Assembly: GCF_963506605.1 (NCBI RefSeq)
Contig: NC_083276.1
Location: 52,700,001-52,764,000, forward strand
Reading direction: 5' to 3'
Length of the DNA: 64,000 bases
Origin: Zootoca vivipara
Lineage: Eukaryota
Shown: positions 1-12,418 of the stretch, piece after piece
How positions within the stretch are numbered: position 1 is the first letter of the stretch
How the letters are laid out: each line of letters begins with the position of its first letter
Position numbers and translations under genes: made by a program
The notes under the pieces: model-generated
The model's database searches: none
What the model was told of the DNA's origin: nothing
Seen by the model: the letters and a program-made list of their open reading frames with translations, nothing else

Positions 1-617
1 TCTGCCAAAGCCACAGTCATAACTAGGTTGTGGGACATTGAGCGCCAAGAACTTATAGCAGCAGCAGGCAAAACATGTTTTCCCCTTCTTTTCCACCTCC
101 CGTGGGCTCATGAAACAAAACCTAATTATCTTGACTTTCTACTGAACCCTCAAGAAAGAAGGGCATTTTCATTGGCCAGGTTCAACGCAAACCCATCGAA
201 CCTCCTGTGGGGAAGGTTCTCGGACAGGGCGGAGGGTGAGAGGATCTGTCCGTGTCATGACCCCCAGGTGGAAAGCCTTCTACATATGGTTCTACATTGT
301 AAACTTTACTACAACCTTCGTCAACAATTCCTGGACCGGTTCTGCATCCCCAGAAGGAGACCAGAGAGGGAAATCTTACAATTCCTACTGTTGGGGAAGG
401 ACCAGGTGCTCACCAAGATGGTGGCTCATTTTCTTCATTTGCTATTTTCTCGTCGTTATATTCTGCAGTCTGAATTATTAGAAGCCCCAATGTCATGAAA
501 GCGGATAGCGGAATACTCCCTTCTATCTCTTAACACAGCGTTTGCCACAGTGATAGTTTTACTCTGTTATTATTTTGTCTGCGTGTTTGTTTGATGCCAA
601 TAAAGGTTTTACTTACA
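1..617 (+). mobile_element. 3' end of a non-LTR retrotransposon (RTE-X-like), ORF2 C-terminus plus 3' UTR
   Basis: ORF 28-498 has RRAFSLARFN...GRF...ERICPC...ESLLHMVLHC..Y..LR, a CCHC-type LINE ORF2 C-terminal motif. It is followed by AATAAA (~599) and a short (TTAC) tail. Confidence 0.7.
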
Positions 618-2280
618 ATGACATTCTTCTTTAATGAAACTGTAACAGCAGGTTGTTAGGAATTCAAAATATCTCTGCTTAAGACTTGGGTAATATAACA
701 ATCATATTCTGTACTATTAGTGCCACTTCGCAAGAAGTACTCTTCTCTCTCTACCTAATACCCCCAACATCCTGGAAGGTATCAGTATGCTTGGATGTTT
801 ATCCATTTGTTGATATAGGAAGAGGACACACTGATAGGATCTGAGGAATGCTGCAAAACTAAATTTGGAAACTCGGAAAGACTTAGGGACAAGTGGGTGG
901 CAGGGGTGGTGGGAGATGAATTCCTCTTAACCTCCCTTCAGAAGAGAGCTGGGATATACCCTGCCCAATATTGTAGGCATCAGTTTCCAACTTCTCCTTT
1001 CCTGCAATCCTGAAAAGGGGGGAATGAGCCATTGCCTAGGGAGATATTTCCTCATAATGGAGTTAGCAGGAGAATCCAAATAGGAATTAGTCTGTATCAA
1101 GACTATCGCAGTCAATTGGAATTGAACCTTTCCATTTTCTTTCACCTCCCCTGTTCCACACATTCTGAAATGACAGTAAATCTGGATTAGCTTTATCAGG
1201 ATGTGTGATTGCTTTGCCCAAAGATTTTATGCCACCATATAAATCCAGCATAATGTGCCAGATTAGCCGAGTTACTTAAAAGAGCAGACTGTTCTAGTGG
1301 CACATTTATTAATATCATATATAATGGGGATGTAGCTATACAGTGAGTTTCTATTTAGGAAAAAAAAAGCCCAACTAGGGAAGTTTATGGGGTTGGCCTG
1401 GTGCCTTCCGAGGTGAGATATGCACCCAAATGGATTTTTATGCCTCCTGCACGAGAAGATTATAAACCACAAGTTAACTGTGCCCTCGCTCTCAGTTTGG
1501 AGAAAGCATATCCATAATTTGTCACAGATGCAACTAAATAATAAAGCATCTTTTGTGGCTGCTATGACATCAATGGTCTGAATGCCCTTGTTCTGTTTGT
1601 GGTGCTGAGTCGGCTGCTGTTTATTGGAATTGTTTTATTGGTTTCATTTGCCTGTTTCTCTGGATGTTATTTTAAGCGTTTTATTTTGGAAACCACCATG
1701 AAAGTTTATGAAGAGTAGTCTAAACATATTTTAAATATTTAAAAATAACTCATAAAATGATGCTCTCTGCAGAAGCATTAGCAACTTACGTGAGGGTTCA
1801 GTCCCGGGGGTTCACGCTTATACACAAAAACACGAAAAGCCAGGAACGCCCTGAGCTAGCCCTCCTGCAAGCTGGAGGGCTACCTACCCAACTTGGGGAA
1901 GGTGGCATGAGGTCACTGATGCTGTCCCAGAGCCCTCCAGCCACCTCCACAAAACCTGGTAAGCACTCGCCCACCTTCGGGAAGGAGGTGGAAGTCAAGG
2001 CCATGCAGCTGGTAGTGGCAGGTAGCCAGCTACAATTGCCCTGGGCCTCGGGGAGTTAAGCCAGCGTGTGCCCCCACCAGGAGCCTGCCGGACTTACACT
2101 GTCATTGCAAGACTCCTGCCCCGTATCTCAGACAAGCTCTGCAAAGGCTTGGCGGGAAGCCTCTGGCTGTGACCTAGAGTCCTTCAGCTCCTTCACAGAG
2201 CCTGGTAAGCACTTGCCTAGCTTTGGGCAAGAGGTGTGAGGGCTGTAAGACCTTGCCAGAACCCCTATGCCTCCCTCCCA

Positions 2281-2654
2281 AAGGTACAAGGTAAAGGTAA
2301 AGGGACCCCTGACTGTTAAGTCCAGTTGCGGATGACTCTGGGGTTGTGGCGCTCTTCTCGCTTTACTGGTCGAGGGAGCTGGCGTTTGTCCGCAGACAGC
2401 TTCGGGATCATGTGGCTAGCATGACAAAGCTGCTTCTGGTGAACCATAGAGGCACACGGAAACGCCGTTTACCTTCCCGTTGGAGCAGCACCTATTTATC
2501 TACTTGCACTTTGATGTGCTTTCGAACTGCTAGGTTTGGCAGGAGCAGGGACTGAACAATGGGAGCTCACCCCGTTGCGGGGATTCAAACTGCCGACCTT
2601 ATGATTGGCAAGCCCTAGGCTCTGTGGTTTAGACCACAGCGCCACCTGCGTCCC
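2281..2654 (-). mobile_element. Sauria SINE, full length
   Basis: The reverse strand starts GGGACGCAGGTGGCGCTGTGGTCTAAACC (tRNA-derived head, B-box-like GTTTGAATCC) and ends in (ACCTTT)n. Confidence 0.93.
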
Positions 2655-2917
2655 CCTTCACAAAGGTAGGTGGAAATAAATTAATGGAGAATGGGTTTTG
2701 TCTGCTCCCCATTTATTTATTTTCTCCCTCACCCACACAAGATGTGATTGCATTAGTTTAATAAGCATAAGATGTGAGTTACCAGTAAATATACTAGGAA
2801 TAATTCTGCAAACTTTAGTCTGCCATGGCTGGGGGTCATATGGGAATATATTTGATAGGTGACAATACAGTGCCAGCCATCTGTATCTGTGTATATGTGT
2901 ATATGTGTATATGTGTG

Positions 2918-2918
<1 letters not shown>

Positions 2919-2963
<45 letters not shown>
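2919..2963. repeat. (CA)n microsatellite
   Basis: Seen directly; preceded by degenerate (TGTATA)n. Confidence 0.97.
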
Positions 2964-2965
<2 letters not shown>

Positions 2966-3667
2966 AGCTGGTCTGTTTCTCAGTCCTTTCATGCTCTCTA
3001 CCCTTCAATCTTTAATTTGGGTTCCAAGCCGCTCTGTGCAAAATGAAGCTCTGTGTACCCATTCACTCTTATGGGAAATTCAAAAAAGGCCTATAACTTC
3101 CCCCCTCTTGCCAGAAGCCAATTAAATCCAGAAGCACAAAAGACTGCCAAATTGGATTAAGCCTGCCAAATTGCAGCAAATAGGTCCAGGGGCTTTTGCG
3201 GGGAAATAAAAGAGATTCACTTTCCTCTGTAATACATATTAGAGCAATACCTTCAGCATCCATATTAGTTTCATATTGTTTGAGGGGTGGGGTTGATCTC
3301 TTGCTCTCTCTTGCCTTAAAGGAAGTAGCAGTTTATATTCCTGCTTGCAATTAGGGGTAGAGAAAAGATGAGCAGCCTTGCACCAGCCTTTTCCAGTGCT
3401 TGTTGTGTTGGGAGGGGGTGTCCTCAGGCATTCCATGATCAGGCTCTCCTTAAAGTTGTCTGTGAACTGCTGAAGATTTTTTAGTGAAGGAGATAATATT
3501 TTTGAACTTAGAAAAAACATCCAGAGCTCTTCAGACTCACTTCTTGCAATGCCTATGGACCTAGAGTAGAGAAAGACAAAGATATATAGTGCACAGAAAA
3601 GTGGAGTACAGAAGAACCACAGACATTGTGGCTTGAGGAGAAGTAAAATCATGCCAAAACACCCCGA

Positions 3668-4181
3668 CAGGGCCGTCTCTAGTCCTGGGCCAGGAGGCGC
3701 AAGGCGCCAGGGGCGCCGAACGGCTGGTGTCTGGGAGCAGCTGCTGCCGGCGCCCCAGCCCACCCCCGTGCCTGCTGCCACTCTAGGCAGGAGTCTCGCT
3801 GATTCTGCTTCAAGAGGAGGAGAGGAGAGGAAGCTCAAGGGCCATGCGCCCTCGCTGGGTCACTCCAGGCGCCGATGCGGCGGCTGGGGCTGTTCCTACT
3901 CCTGCTGGCCGTGCTGTGGGGCGGGGAAGTGCTCCCGGCTCAGGGGGTCCTGAGGCCACTGCCATCCTCTGCCTCTGCAGCCCCCAGTGGCCCCACGCCG
4001 CACCCGCCCTGGGCAGCAGCGGTTTCCCCAGCGGCGAGGTGGCATGGAACAGCAATGCCTGGAGGGTGCCTCCGCCATGCCGTGCCGGGCAAAGTGCTGC
4101 TCAGTAAAGGTCAGTAACTCTGGGAAATGGGGGGGGAGGGACCTTTGCACCACGACACTGGACGGGCTTAAGATGGCCCTG
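3668..4181. mobile_element. Non-autonomous hAT-type DNA transposon with GC/CpG-rich interior
   Basis: TIRs CAGGGCCGTCT / AGATGGCCCTG. Perfect 8-bp TSD CACCCCGA at 3660-3667 and 4182-4189. Confidence 0.88.
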
Positions 4182-4259
4182 CACCCCGATTCAGTTCATT
4201 ATTCACACATTATTCCCTCTTTGGGGTCGTTTTTAATGTTTGATGCTTTATCGTGTTTG

Positions 4260-4346
4260 TTCTATTCTGCTGGGAGTCACCCAGAGTGGCTGGAGAAACC
4301 CAGCCAGATGGGCTGGGTATAAATAATAACTATTATTATTATTATA
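4260..4346 (+). mobile_element. L2 LINE 3' tail fragment
   Basis: CCCAGAGTGGCTGG..AAACCCAGCCAGATGGG...TATAAATAA(TTA)n, the same tail as the L2 at 54667-55514. Confidence 0.85.
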
Positions 4347-7300
4347 AATCAGCTGTGGAGTAGATGACAAAATATTTTCACATAACACAAATTCAAACCA
4401 GAGTAGGAATCCAAGATTCACTTCCACCCCCCACCCCCCATGCTCACTAGCCTTCACACATCTCTGAAAGTTTTTGCCTTGACCCAGCCTCCATGCCCAC
4501 TCCTCACCCTTCCCTTTACTTGCTAACAGTGGTAGTAGCAGGAGCATGTGGAGACTGAATAAATGTTTTTATTTCCTTCCCTCCATGCCTCCTTCAGTAC
4601 ACTAGAACTTAAAGAGCTGTGGATTTGTAGTCTTCCTGAGGAAACATCAGTGTACACCATTTTAATGTGCTGGGGAGTGATAGGAGGTAGGAAGAGGTGG
4701 GGGGAAAACCTCCCAGCTGCCTATCTCTTCTGAGGAAGGGAGAAGGTGCTTGGAGCAGTGGTGGTGTGAGATTTAAGCCCTGTCCAGATGTTGAACCTGA
4801 GGTCTCTTCCAATAAGAAGGAGGAGAACAAGACCCTTTAGTGACCCTGAGGAGACAATGGAGTTAGACTTCTCTGCCTGAGGACAGGAGGTCCCCACAAC
4901 AGCTGCTTGGGTCCCTGGCTTGGTCTCAGACTCCTCCCCATCTCCCCCAGGGTCACCGAAGCCACTACTGCAGTGCCTGACTAGCTGCACAAGAGCTTGG
5001 GGGGGGGGGAGAAAGTGCCTGGAAACATTGGCTTGGACCAGGGCCTGGTTGAGTCAGGAAGGCCCCAAATCAACAGCTCACATCCAAGCTCAAGCTTGCC
5101 TGGTTTGGGGAAATTGCCCTGGCTTGTGAGGAATGGAGTTTTCCAGGTCTTCAGATTAGTTTGGGAAATGAACTGATTTGTTTCCAGTTTTGAAGGAAAG
5201 AAACGAGTTTGTTTAAAAAACAACAACAAAACATCTGCCAGGCATCAACCAGTGGGGTAATTTCTAACAGAGAATTATCAGAACCTTTGCTAAAATACAA
5301 CCCCCAGTATTCTTTGGGGGAAACCATGACATTTAAAATTGCCCAAATGCCTCCTATTCCACCTGCTTATTCTCCTCTTTTCTTGCTCCTGGCGTGGATT
5401 TTGCCTTCCTTGGTGCCTGATTTGTCACTTAGATGCTTCAGAGTCTCTGATCAGTGCAGTGCAGCATTAGAAGGTGTTATCAAAGGGAATGCTGAAAGAC
5501 AATCATTGAGAGAATGATGGGCAGGATGGAGGGCGGGGGGAACCCCTAACCTCAAGAAATTCGCTGCACTGCCTTGGCCATTTTCTGCACAACTCATTTT
5601 GATACTATCTGGAACAACAATAGCAATAAACAAAACTGCCATGTGATTTATGGGACACACACAAATGGCTTCATAACTTCTTAGAAGAACTGAAAGGTAG
5701 ATGACAACATACAATCGTTGTGATCTGGGCTGTCAGGTATGAGAAAAATTTAGTGACTGCCAGTAACAACAGTTGTAAAAACTTCCCTGCCGGCAACAAT
5801 TCCCCTATCGGTAAATTTCTCCTTCTCTCTGTCTGCTGATATTCCCAGTTCTGTTCCACAGAAACCAAAATGTCATTGCTGTATTTCTCAATTATGGTCA
5901 TTATCATAATTTGCATTATATTATGTGCAGCAGGGGAGACATAGAGAGGCCTCCTAGCTGACCTTGTGAAGAACCATCATTATGTCAAATTCTGACACCA
6001 GCCTTCGAGCCGATGGTTATAGACCTCCCTAGCTTAACATGTGGAAAATAAAAATCTTTAATAGATATACTGTAGCTTTGGGGCCACTGGCATTTAGATC
6101 CCCAAACCCATCCTCTGTCAATTTACAAACAGGCGCAATAGGAACCCTCTCACAAATTCAGGAAAGACATGGAAGGGCAAATCAGGATTTCACCCACTCT
6201 CTACCCACTCCGTATGCTTATCTCAAAACTGAAATAGATTCAACCTTGTGGGTACAGTTTGTATTCCAATAGACTCTCACCATGCAGTTGAGAAGCCTAC
6301 AAAAGGCAAAGTTTTTAACCGGTTTAATTAACATAAGAAGTATTTCAATAGGTTAACATTTTCATCTTATGCAACTGCATTGGTCATTTTAATAATTTCT
6401 TCTATTTCTGAGGTTCAGGCTGTGAGTATCAAAAGGCACCATTCATTCACAAGAGGGAGTATCAGCAGGCTTGGGTGAACCCCAGAGTTTGCAAAAGTAC
6501 ATGAAATCACCGGGGGGGGGGCACTAAGTGACAGGATTATCCCCAAACACAGTCCAATGAGAACTGAGGATTCTCTGTGACTGCAGAATGCTGAATGGTT
6601 CTTGGCAAGGGCCAAGGGAGGCAGGGAGAGAGGAAACGGAGTGAACATCAGCACTCCATGCTGCAACATCTTGTGCATGTCCAACTTGTACATACTGAAC
6701 GGTTTTGTGTTGCTTTAGATAGTCATATGAGGAAGTCTGTAACCCGATAACATGGTAGGTATCTAAGAGGCTTTAGTCTTAGCCTTCCCAAACTGGAATG
6801 TGACACCCTAATCTTAAATGTGATTGGAAGTTGGGAGTACATCCCATAGATTTCAATAGATCTTCATGCTTAGTTAGGACGGCAGCCTTGGAGTAGTCCC
6901 CAGACTTTTGTCTTGAGTCTTCACTTAATGAATAGTTACTGTCAGATTCTATATTTTATAAATTGAACTTATTCCCCTGCCAGCTCTTTAATTCTCCACA
7001 AAATAATGGTTTTTCTTAGATTTATAACATTTCTAAGCAGAACTTATTGAACTACCCTATGATTGTCATTTACAATAATTAAGAAAAGCAGATGCCAAAT
7101 AGTGATTGGTGAGTTGGGACTGGGAATGTTCTTTCTTTCTTTCCAAGAATGTTAGGTTGAGCAGCATTGATTGAATATGCACAGCCTATTTTATTTCTTA
7201 TTTCTCAGATGAGACAAAGAATTCTTATTATATGAATCATAATTATATTTAGCTATAGCATGCAGTGCTTCCACATCCCCCATAACAAGAATACCTAATT

Positions 7301-7729
7301 GAGCAAGGTACACTGCTAGTACATCATAGGAATATCTTGTGTACAAGACACTGATTGGATCACATTCAGGTTTTTCTCTGTTTTTAATATTATTCAAGTA
7401 ACTCACCATTCTATATAGAAATGAGTAACAAGGAATGGTTTGCTAGTAAGCAGAAGCCAAGGTCAATCCTGCCATACGATAGGGAGGCACAACCTGCTTC
7501 AGCTGGCAACATGGGGGTGGGGGGAGATAAAGGCAATAATTGGGGTCTGGTTGGTGCAGAAAGGCTTTTTAACATTTGAGCTTCACAATGTTTTGAAGCT
7601 GAACATGGTACCTTGTCTTCCTACCTTGTAATGGGAAGGAAAAAGCTGTCACCTAAGTATGCTCCCAAACTATTTCCAAACTATTTCTAGGTGGGCTTCG
7701 GGTCCCACCTGTACCATACATTCAGTTAC

Positions 7730-7950
7730 GGATTCCTCCCAAGAATCCTGGGAAACATAGTTTGCTGAGGGTGATAAGTCTTGTTAGGAGACATTTATTC
7801 CCCTTCTCAGAGTGGTTTAACAGTCAATCCCCCTTCTGAGAGAACCCTGGGAATGGCAGCTCTGTTAGGGCAATAGTAGTCTGCTAACAACTCTCAGCAC
7901 CCTTAACAAACTACAGTTCCCAGATTCTTTGGGGGAAGCCAAGACTTTAA
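7730..7950. mobile_element. Degenerate palindromic MITE
   Basis: Inverted arms CCCAAGAATCCTGGGAA..TAGTTTG..GAGGGTG / CACCCTTAACAAACTAC..TTCCCAGATTCTTTGGG. Confidence 0.6.
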
Positions 7951-8331
7951 ATGCATGGGACAGATGGGGCTAAGTCACATACTGACAAATGTAAGTTGCA
8001 TACTTAAAGTTAATTGGAGGCCCTGCACAACAAACCTGCTCCCACCCTGCAATAATTTTTTCCTATAAAGAAAGTGATGTGAAGATGCACTGGAAAGTGT
8101 TAGAAAATGGTTAGGTGAAGCAATATGTTCTTACATCCCCATAAAAAAATGAAGCTGAACACTCAACAAATAGCCATTGACCAACCTCCCCACCAACATT
8201 ATGCAAACAAATCAGGAGGAATATTCAATAAGCAGGTTATCTGGAAGTGAATTAAGTACATGATGCTTTGCAGGGGCGGGGCAGGGGGAGAAGAAGGAAG
8301 TGAGCATTGACTTGTTGTAATGGATAAAGTG

Positions 8332-8522
8332 AGCTTCATTAATGTGTAACCCCGAAATCTTGGATCCCCTCCAAACCGATACCAAAGTTTTGTGCTCCTT
8401 TTATGCCATTGTGTGCTGCACACCCCACATTTTGTGCCACTTTGCAGCACAAAATGAGTGCAGAACTTTGGCATTGGTTTGGAGGGGGATCCAATATTTT
8501 GGGGTTACACATTAATGAAGCT
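8332..8522. mobile_element. Hairpin MITE with ~65-bp inverted arms
   Basis: AGCTTCATTAATGTGTAACCCC...GGGGTTACACATTAATGAAGCT. The flanks GATAAAGTG / GGTAAAGTG form a 9-bp near-direct repeat. Confidence 0.8.
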
Positions 8523-8609
8523 GGTAAAGTGTTCCATTTGATTCAGAGGAGCCAAGGGTCAAATCCCTGAATTTATGGCATTACCTTGTACCAAGTTGTA
8601 TCAATCTAA

Positions 8610-8735
8610 CCCAGTTTGCCCCAACCTCATGTCCTCCAGATACTTCAACAAACACCTGCGCCAGCCAGAATGACCAATGGTTAGAAATGATGGGATTTGT
8701 AGACCAAAACAATCAGTACCAGATTGGGATAGGTT
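8610..8735. mobile_element. Degenerate copy of the ~136-bp hAT MITE family
   Basis: CCCAACCTCATGTCCTCCAGAT...GATGGGATTTGTAGACCAAAACA resembles 34061-34196. Confidence 0.55.
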
Positions 8736-8848
8736 GATATATTACATCTTCTAGTGGTGTTATGCAGCCATAGTTCCAAAAATGCATGTCACATTATGGT
8801 GTGTTCATTGGAGGATGTGCAGGATACAAATGTAATGATGATGATATA

Positions 8849-8887
8849 GACACACACACACACAGAGAGAGAGAGACACACACACAC
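8849..8887. repeat. (CA)n(GA)n compound microsatellite
   Basis: Seen directly. Confidence 0.9.
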
Positions 8888-9925
8888 GTATCTATATATG
8901 TGAGTAATTAAGACACAGAAGTTGTAGGGAATGGAGGATATACTTTTCTATGCAAAGATGATCAGGGTATTGACATGTTCCTACTATGGAATTTTTCCAC
9001 GTTTATAAAAACACTCATGTATTTCCACCTCTCTGCAAACCCACATTCTTATGACTAATGCTGCCTATCACTGGCTAACATTTGCTCTTATGCAACTGAA
9101 TATCACAATCTAGAGACAGATATGAGTAGTATTATGCTTATTATTGGCTGCCAATCCAACAAAAAAAACTCAAGACAACCCTCCTGACACCTGTCAGCAG
9201 GAGGACCCTGAATATTGTTTTGCAGTGTTTCAGAAAAGCATTAGAGTGACACAGGTCAAAGCAACAAGATCAAGAACAATGGGAAGATGTTTACCACAGA
9301 TATATCAAGGGACCTGGGTCCCACTGGCAAATATCATTCAGGGGACATACACATTCTTTGCTATTTATAGCTCGGGAGTTGCAGAGTAAGAGAAAACTAA
9401 TTGGAATTCATTTTGTGCTATTTGCAGAAAGACAACTTACATGTAGAACAGGTTTAGACATCTCCATCCACTAATGCACATGAAGATTGGCACTGCAGGG
9501 GCTGTGTAGGAACTTTGGTTCCTTTTCATATGCCAGATTTTCCCTTAATTTATATCTAAGGGCCTACTCAGAAACATTACTCTCCTCTATGATTTTCACT
9601 GAAACCTCATTCCCCCTGCTAGTTAATATCTAAATAATCCTTTTGCATGCACCCATCTACAAAAGATTTGGCATAAAGTAAAATGGATGGAAAGTGTTGT
9701 GGAGTCGAGCCCACTGAGGCAATAGAGTACCGATGCCATGATACCGTACTTGAAAGCGGTAAATCATGTGTGTATGTTGGTGTTGGCCTAGTAAAGACAA
9801 ATCTGGTTGTTTTGTTTTTAAAAAAGATACATGCAAGAGGTAATTTGGATCATTGTATTTCCTCCAAAACAGCTACCCATTGGGACTGGTAGGGCAGAAG
9901 GCAGGCAGGCCAACAGCAGGTGAAG

Positions 9926-10120
9926 CATAGGAATAGAGGAAGCTGCCTATATAGAATCAGACCATTGGTCTACCTAGCTTAATTCTTTCTTCACTAAGTA
10001 GCAGCAGCTTTCCGGGGGTTCAAGTGAGGACTCATTTTCCAGACCTACTTGAGGATGCCAGCAGGGGTTGAACCTGGGATCTTCTGTTTGCAAAGAAGAT
10101 GCTCTGCCCTGAGCTGTTGT
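9926..10120 (-). mobile_element. tRNA-derived squamate SINE with CR1-like tail
   Basis: Reverse strand: AGCTCAGGGCAGAGCATCTTCTTTGCAAACAGAAGATCCCAGGTTCAACCCC (A/B boxes), ending GCAGCTTCCTCTATTCCTATG. Confidence 0.8.
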
Positions 10121-10134
10121 CTTTCCTCTGAGCC

Positions 10135-10466
10135 CATAGCTGCCAAGTCTCCCGTATTCCCTGGGAAATCCCCGTTTTTTCCAGCTGTCCCTAGCTGAAA
10201 AAACGGATTTTTTTTGCCCCCCCCGTTTATTCTGGCGTGACGGCCATTTTGGAACTGGGCGGAGCATGCTCAGAAGCAACTTTTGATGCTGCTCTGCCCA
10301 GTTCCAAAATGGCTGCAGTGCAACTTCTGGCGTGGCGGCCATTTTGGAACTGGGCAAAGCAGCATCAAAAGTCACTTCTGAGCATGCTCCGCCCAGTTCC
10401 AAAATGGTGGCAGCGCTACTTCCGGACTGCTACTTCCACCCAGTCCCTTATTTCTTGGCAGGTATG
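10135..10466. mobile_element. hAT MITE with internal hairpin repeats
   Basis: TIRs CATAGCTGCCAAG / CTTGGCAGGTATG. 8-bp TSD TCTGAGCC at 10127-10134 and 10467-10474. Confidence 0.9.
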
Positions 10467-12194
10467 TCTGAGCCAGACCAATGACAAGTGGGCCCGACTC
10501 ATTCTTTAGTCCCAATCTCCTTCCTGTTGCATTCTACAGAGGCAACACTAAAGAGCAAGAAGCAGATAGTCAGTGTCACCCCTTGGACTGGTTGTAAGGA
10601 AGAGGGCAGGCTGGTGGCGGCTGGTTGATGTCCGATTGAGATTGGTGGAGCACTGCTCCATTCACCCTACTGAAAACTCCCAAGAGTTGTTGGCAATGCT
10701 ATTGCGTCCAACCCAAGGAATATCTTTCCCTTGTCATTCCTTTTCACTGATGCCTTTCCAACTGAACATGTAGGTAACAGGAAGGGAAGACATATTTGAC
10801 AGAGCCATTCATTGCTCCCCTTCTCAAGCTCCCAACTTGAGAGGCATACGTTAGCTTAATTTTTACAAGCAAAGGAAACTGCTACTGTCTCTTTGGCATA
10901 CGACACACTTTGCAACTTTGTCAGTTGTTCTTTCTCCATAAAGCTAACTAAATGGCAAGCAAACCTGTCTGATCTTTTCAGTAAACATAACTTCAGACAC
11001 AGGAACTGTTTTATAGTGTAAATAACAGCTGAGTTAAATTACCACTATAAAAGAATTCTGCTCATGAACTGTGATTTCTACTTTTCGCGGAATATATTTA
11101 CTTTATGACTTTATTAAAAAACAGGCATTTCTCTCCCTTTTGCTGCTGAATATATCTTTTAAAAATGCACCCTCCACCCAGTAGCTAAATCAAGATAAAA
11201 GAGATCCATATTTTTTTTTCTTGTGGAGATGTATTAACCATCATTAGGAATGCAGACAGTTAAAAGGTAATTTGGGACTCTGAGAGCAGGTTGCAAAAAT
11301 AATTTACAGTTCTGCTCACTGCTGGCATAATGCTAAATCTCATCAAGCCTCTTCATTTGTTCAGTGTGTGTTCAGTTTGGTGGTTAGGATGAGCCCAATC
11401 ACTGTGTTTTTCTTTTCTTTTGTTGCTGTTTTTAAATAACAAGTTTTCTTCCAGGACTCTAATGTGCCAACAGAGAGATTCGTACTTGGAATCCAATTAG
11501 TTATACATACCTTGATGCTAAGCATCAAATACCAAACGATGCATAAAGTGGGAGGATGACATATACTATGGCATTTGTAAGGCAGACCCATCCCTCTTCG
11601 CTTGTTTCCCCTTTGACTGCGCTAATGCAGTGGAGGAGTCTATCAGCATCAACAGCCTTTCCTTTGCTAGGGAAGTTGACTAATGAGAATCCAGGACAAG
11701 CAGATTCTAATCCCCACCTCTGTGTTTTCACATCCAGGGAAGGTGCTGTCCAAACTATATGTCTGATATCAAGAGCCACTTTTGTCAAAGAGGAGAGCTT
11801 TCAACAGTGGTCAGTTCATGAGAATCAATTGTTCTATTTTGACAGGTCAAACTACATCAGGAGTACTGTGTCTGCAGGGCCGGTGCTATCATTAGGCTAC
11901 TAGGCAGCCACCTAGGGCACAGACCTCGGAGGAAAGGGAGTTATTCTCCCCTTCCTCTTTCCTGTTAGATGACCAATCTAATAGGTAGGGAGAGGCAAAC
12001 TGCATCCCCATCAGGTGCTTGAATGGATGGAGAGGTTTAAACCTCTATACCCGCACCAGTTTGGTATCTACTTTAATTCTGTTTTTTCCCCTTTTTGCTG
12101 CTGTTGCTAAAATCAGTAGGATCGTGGGGAGCTAGATAAATGTGCTTCGGGAGCTCGATCTGGCCCCTGGGGCTGGGAGCAGCCCATCCTGAAC

Positions 12195-12418
12195 TAGAAC
12201 ATGCTCAGAGAAATGTAAGCAGAGTGGTGAGGGATCTGGAAAGGGATCAGTGAGAAAAAAGTGGCTTGATAAACTTACCATGAAGAACATTAAGTGGGTA
12301 TATGGTAGCTGCCTTCAAATAGCTGAAGGGCTGTCATGCTGAGAAGATGGATCAGAGGGCAGAATTGGCATGAATAGGTGGAAAATGCAAGAAAGCATAC
12401 TTCAGCTAAACAGTAGGG
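12195..12418 (+). mobile_element. Degenerate CR1 ORF2 3' fragment
   Basis: ATGGTAGCTGCCTTCAAATAGCTGAAGGGCTGTCATG...CAAGAAAGCATACTTCAGCTAAAC matches recalled CR1 3' coding motifs. Confidence 0.6.

Noticed and set aside
2658-3125. ORFs with CVCV/HTHT runs (also at 20588, 31598 and 51590)
   Set aside because: These are microsatellite translation artefacts.
3875-4109. Calling a host gene first coding exon (CDS)
   Set aside because: It lies wholly within a TIR- and TSD-bounded hAT element, and no compatible downstream exon was found. Kept only as a finding.
4660-5130. Possible degraded LTR (similar tracts at ~26690-27130 and ~32960-33300)
   Set aside because: The composition is suggestive, but I could define no TG...CA termini or TSD.
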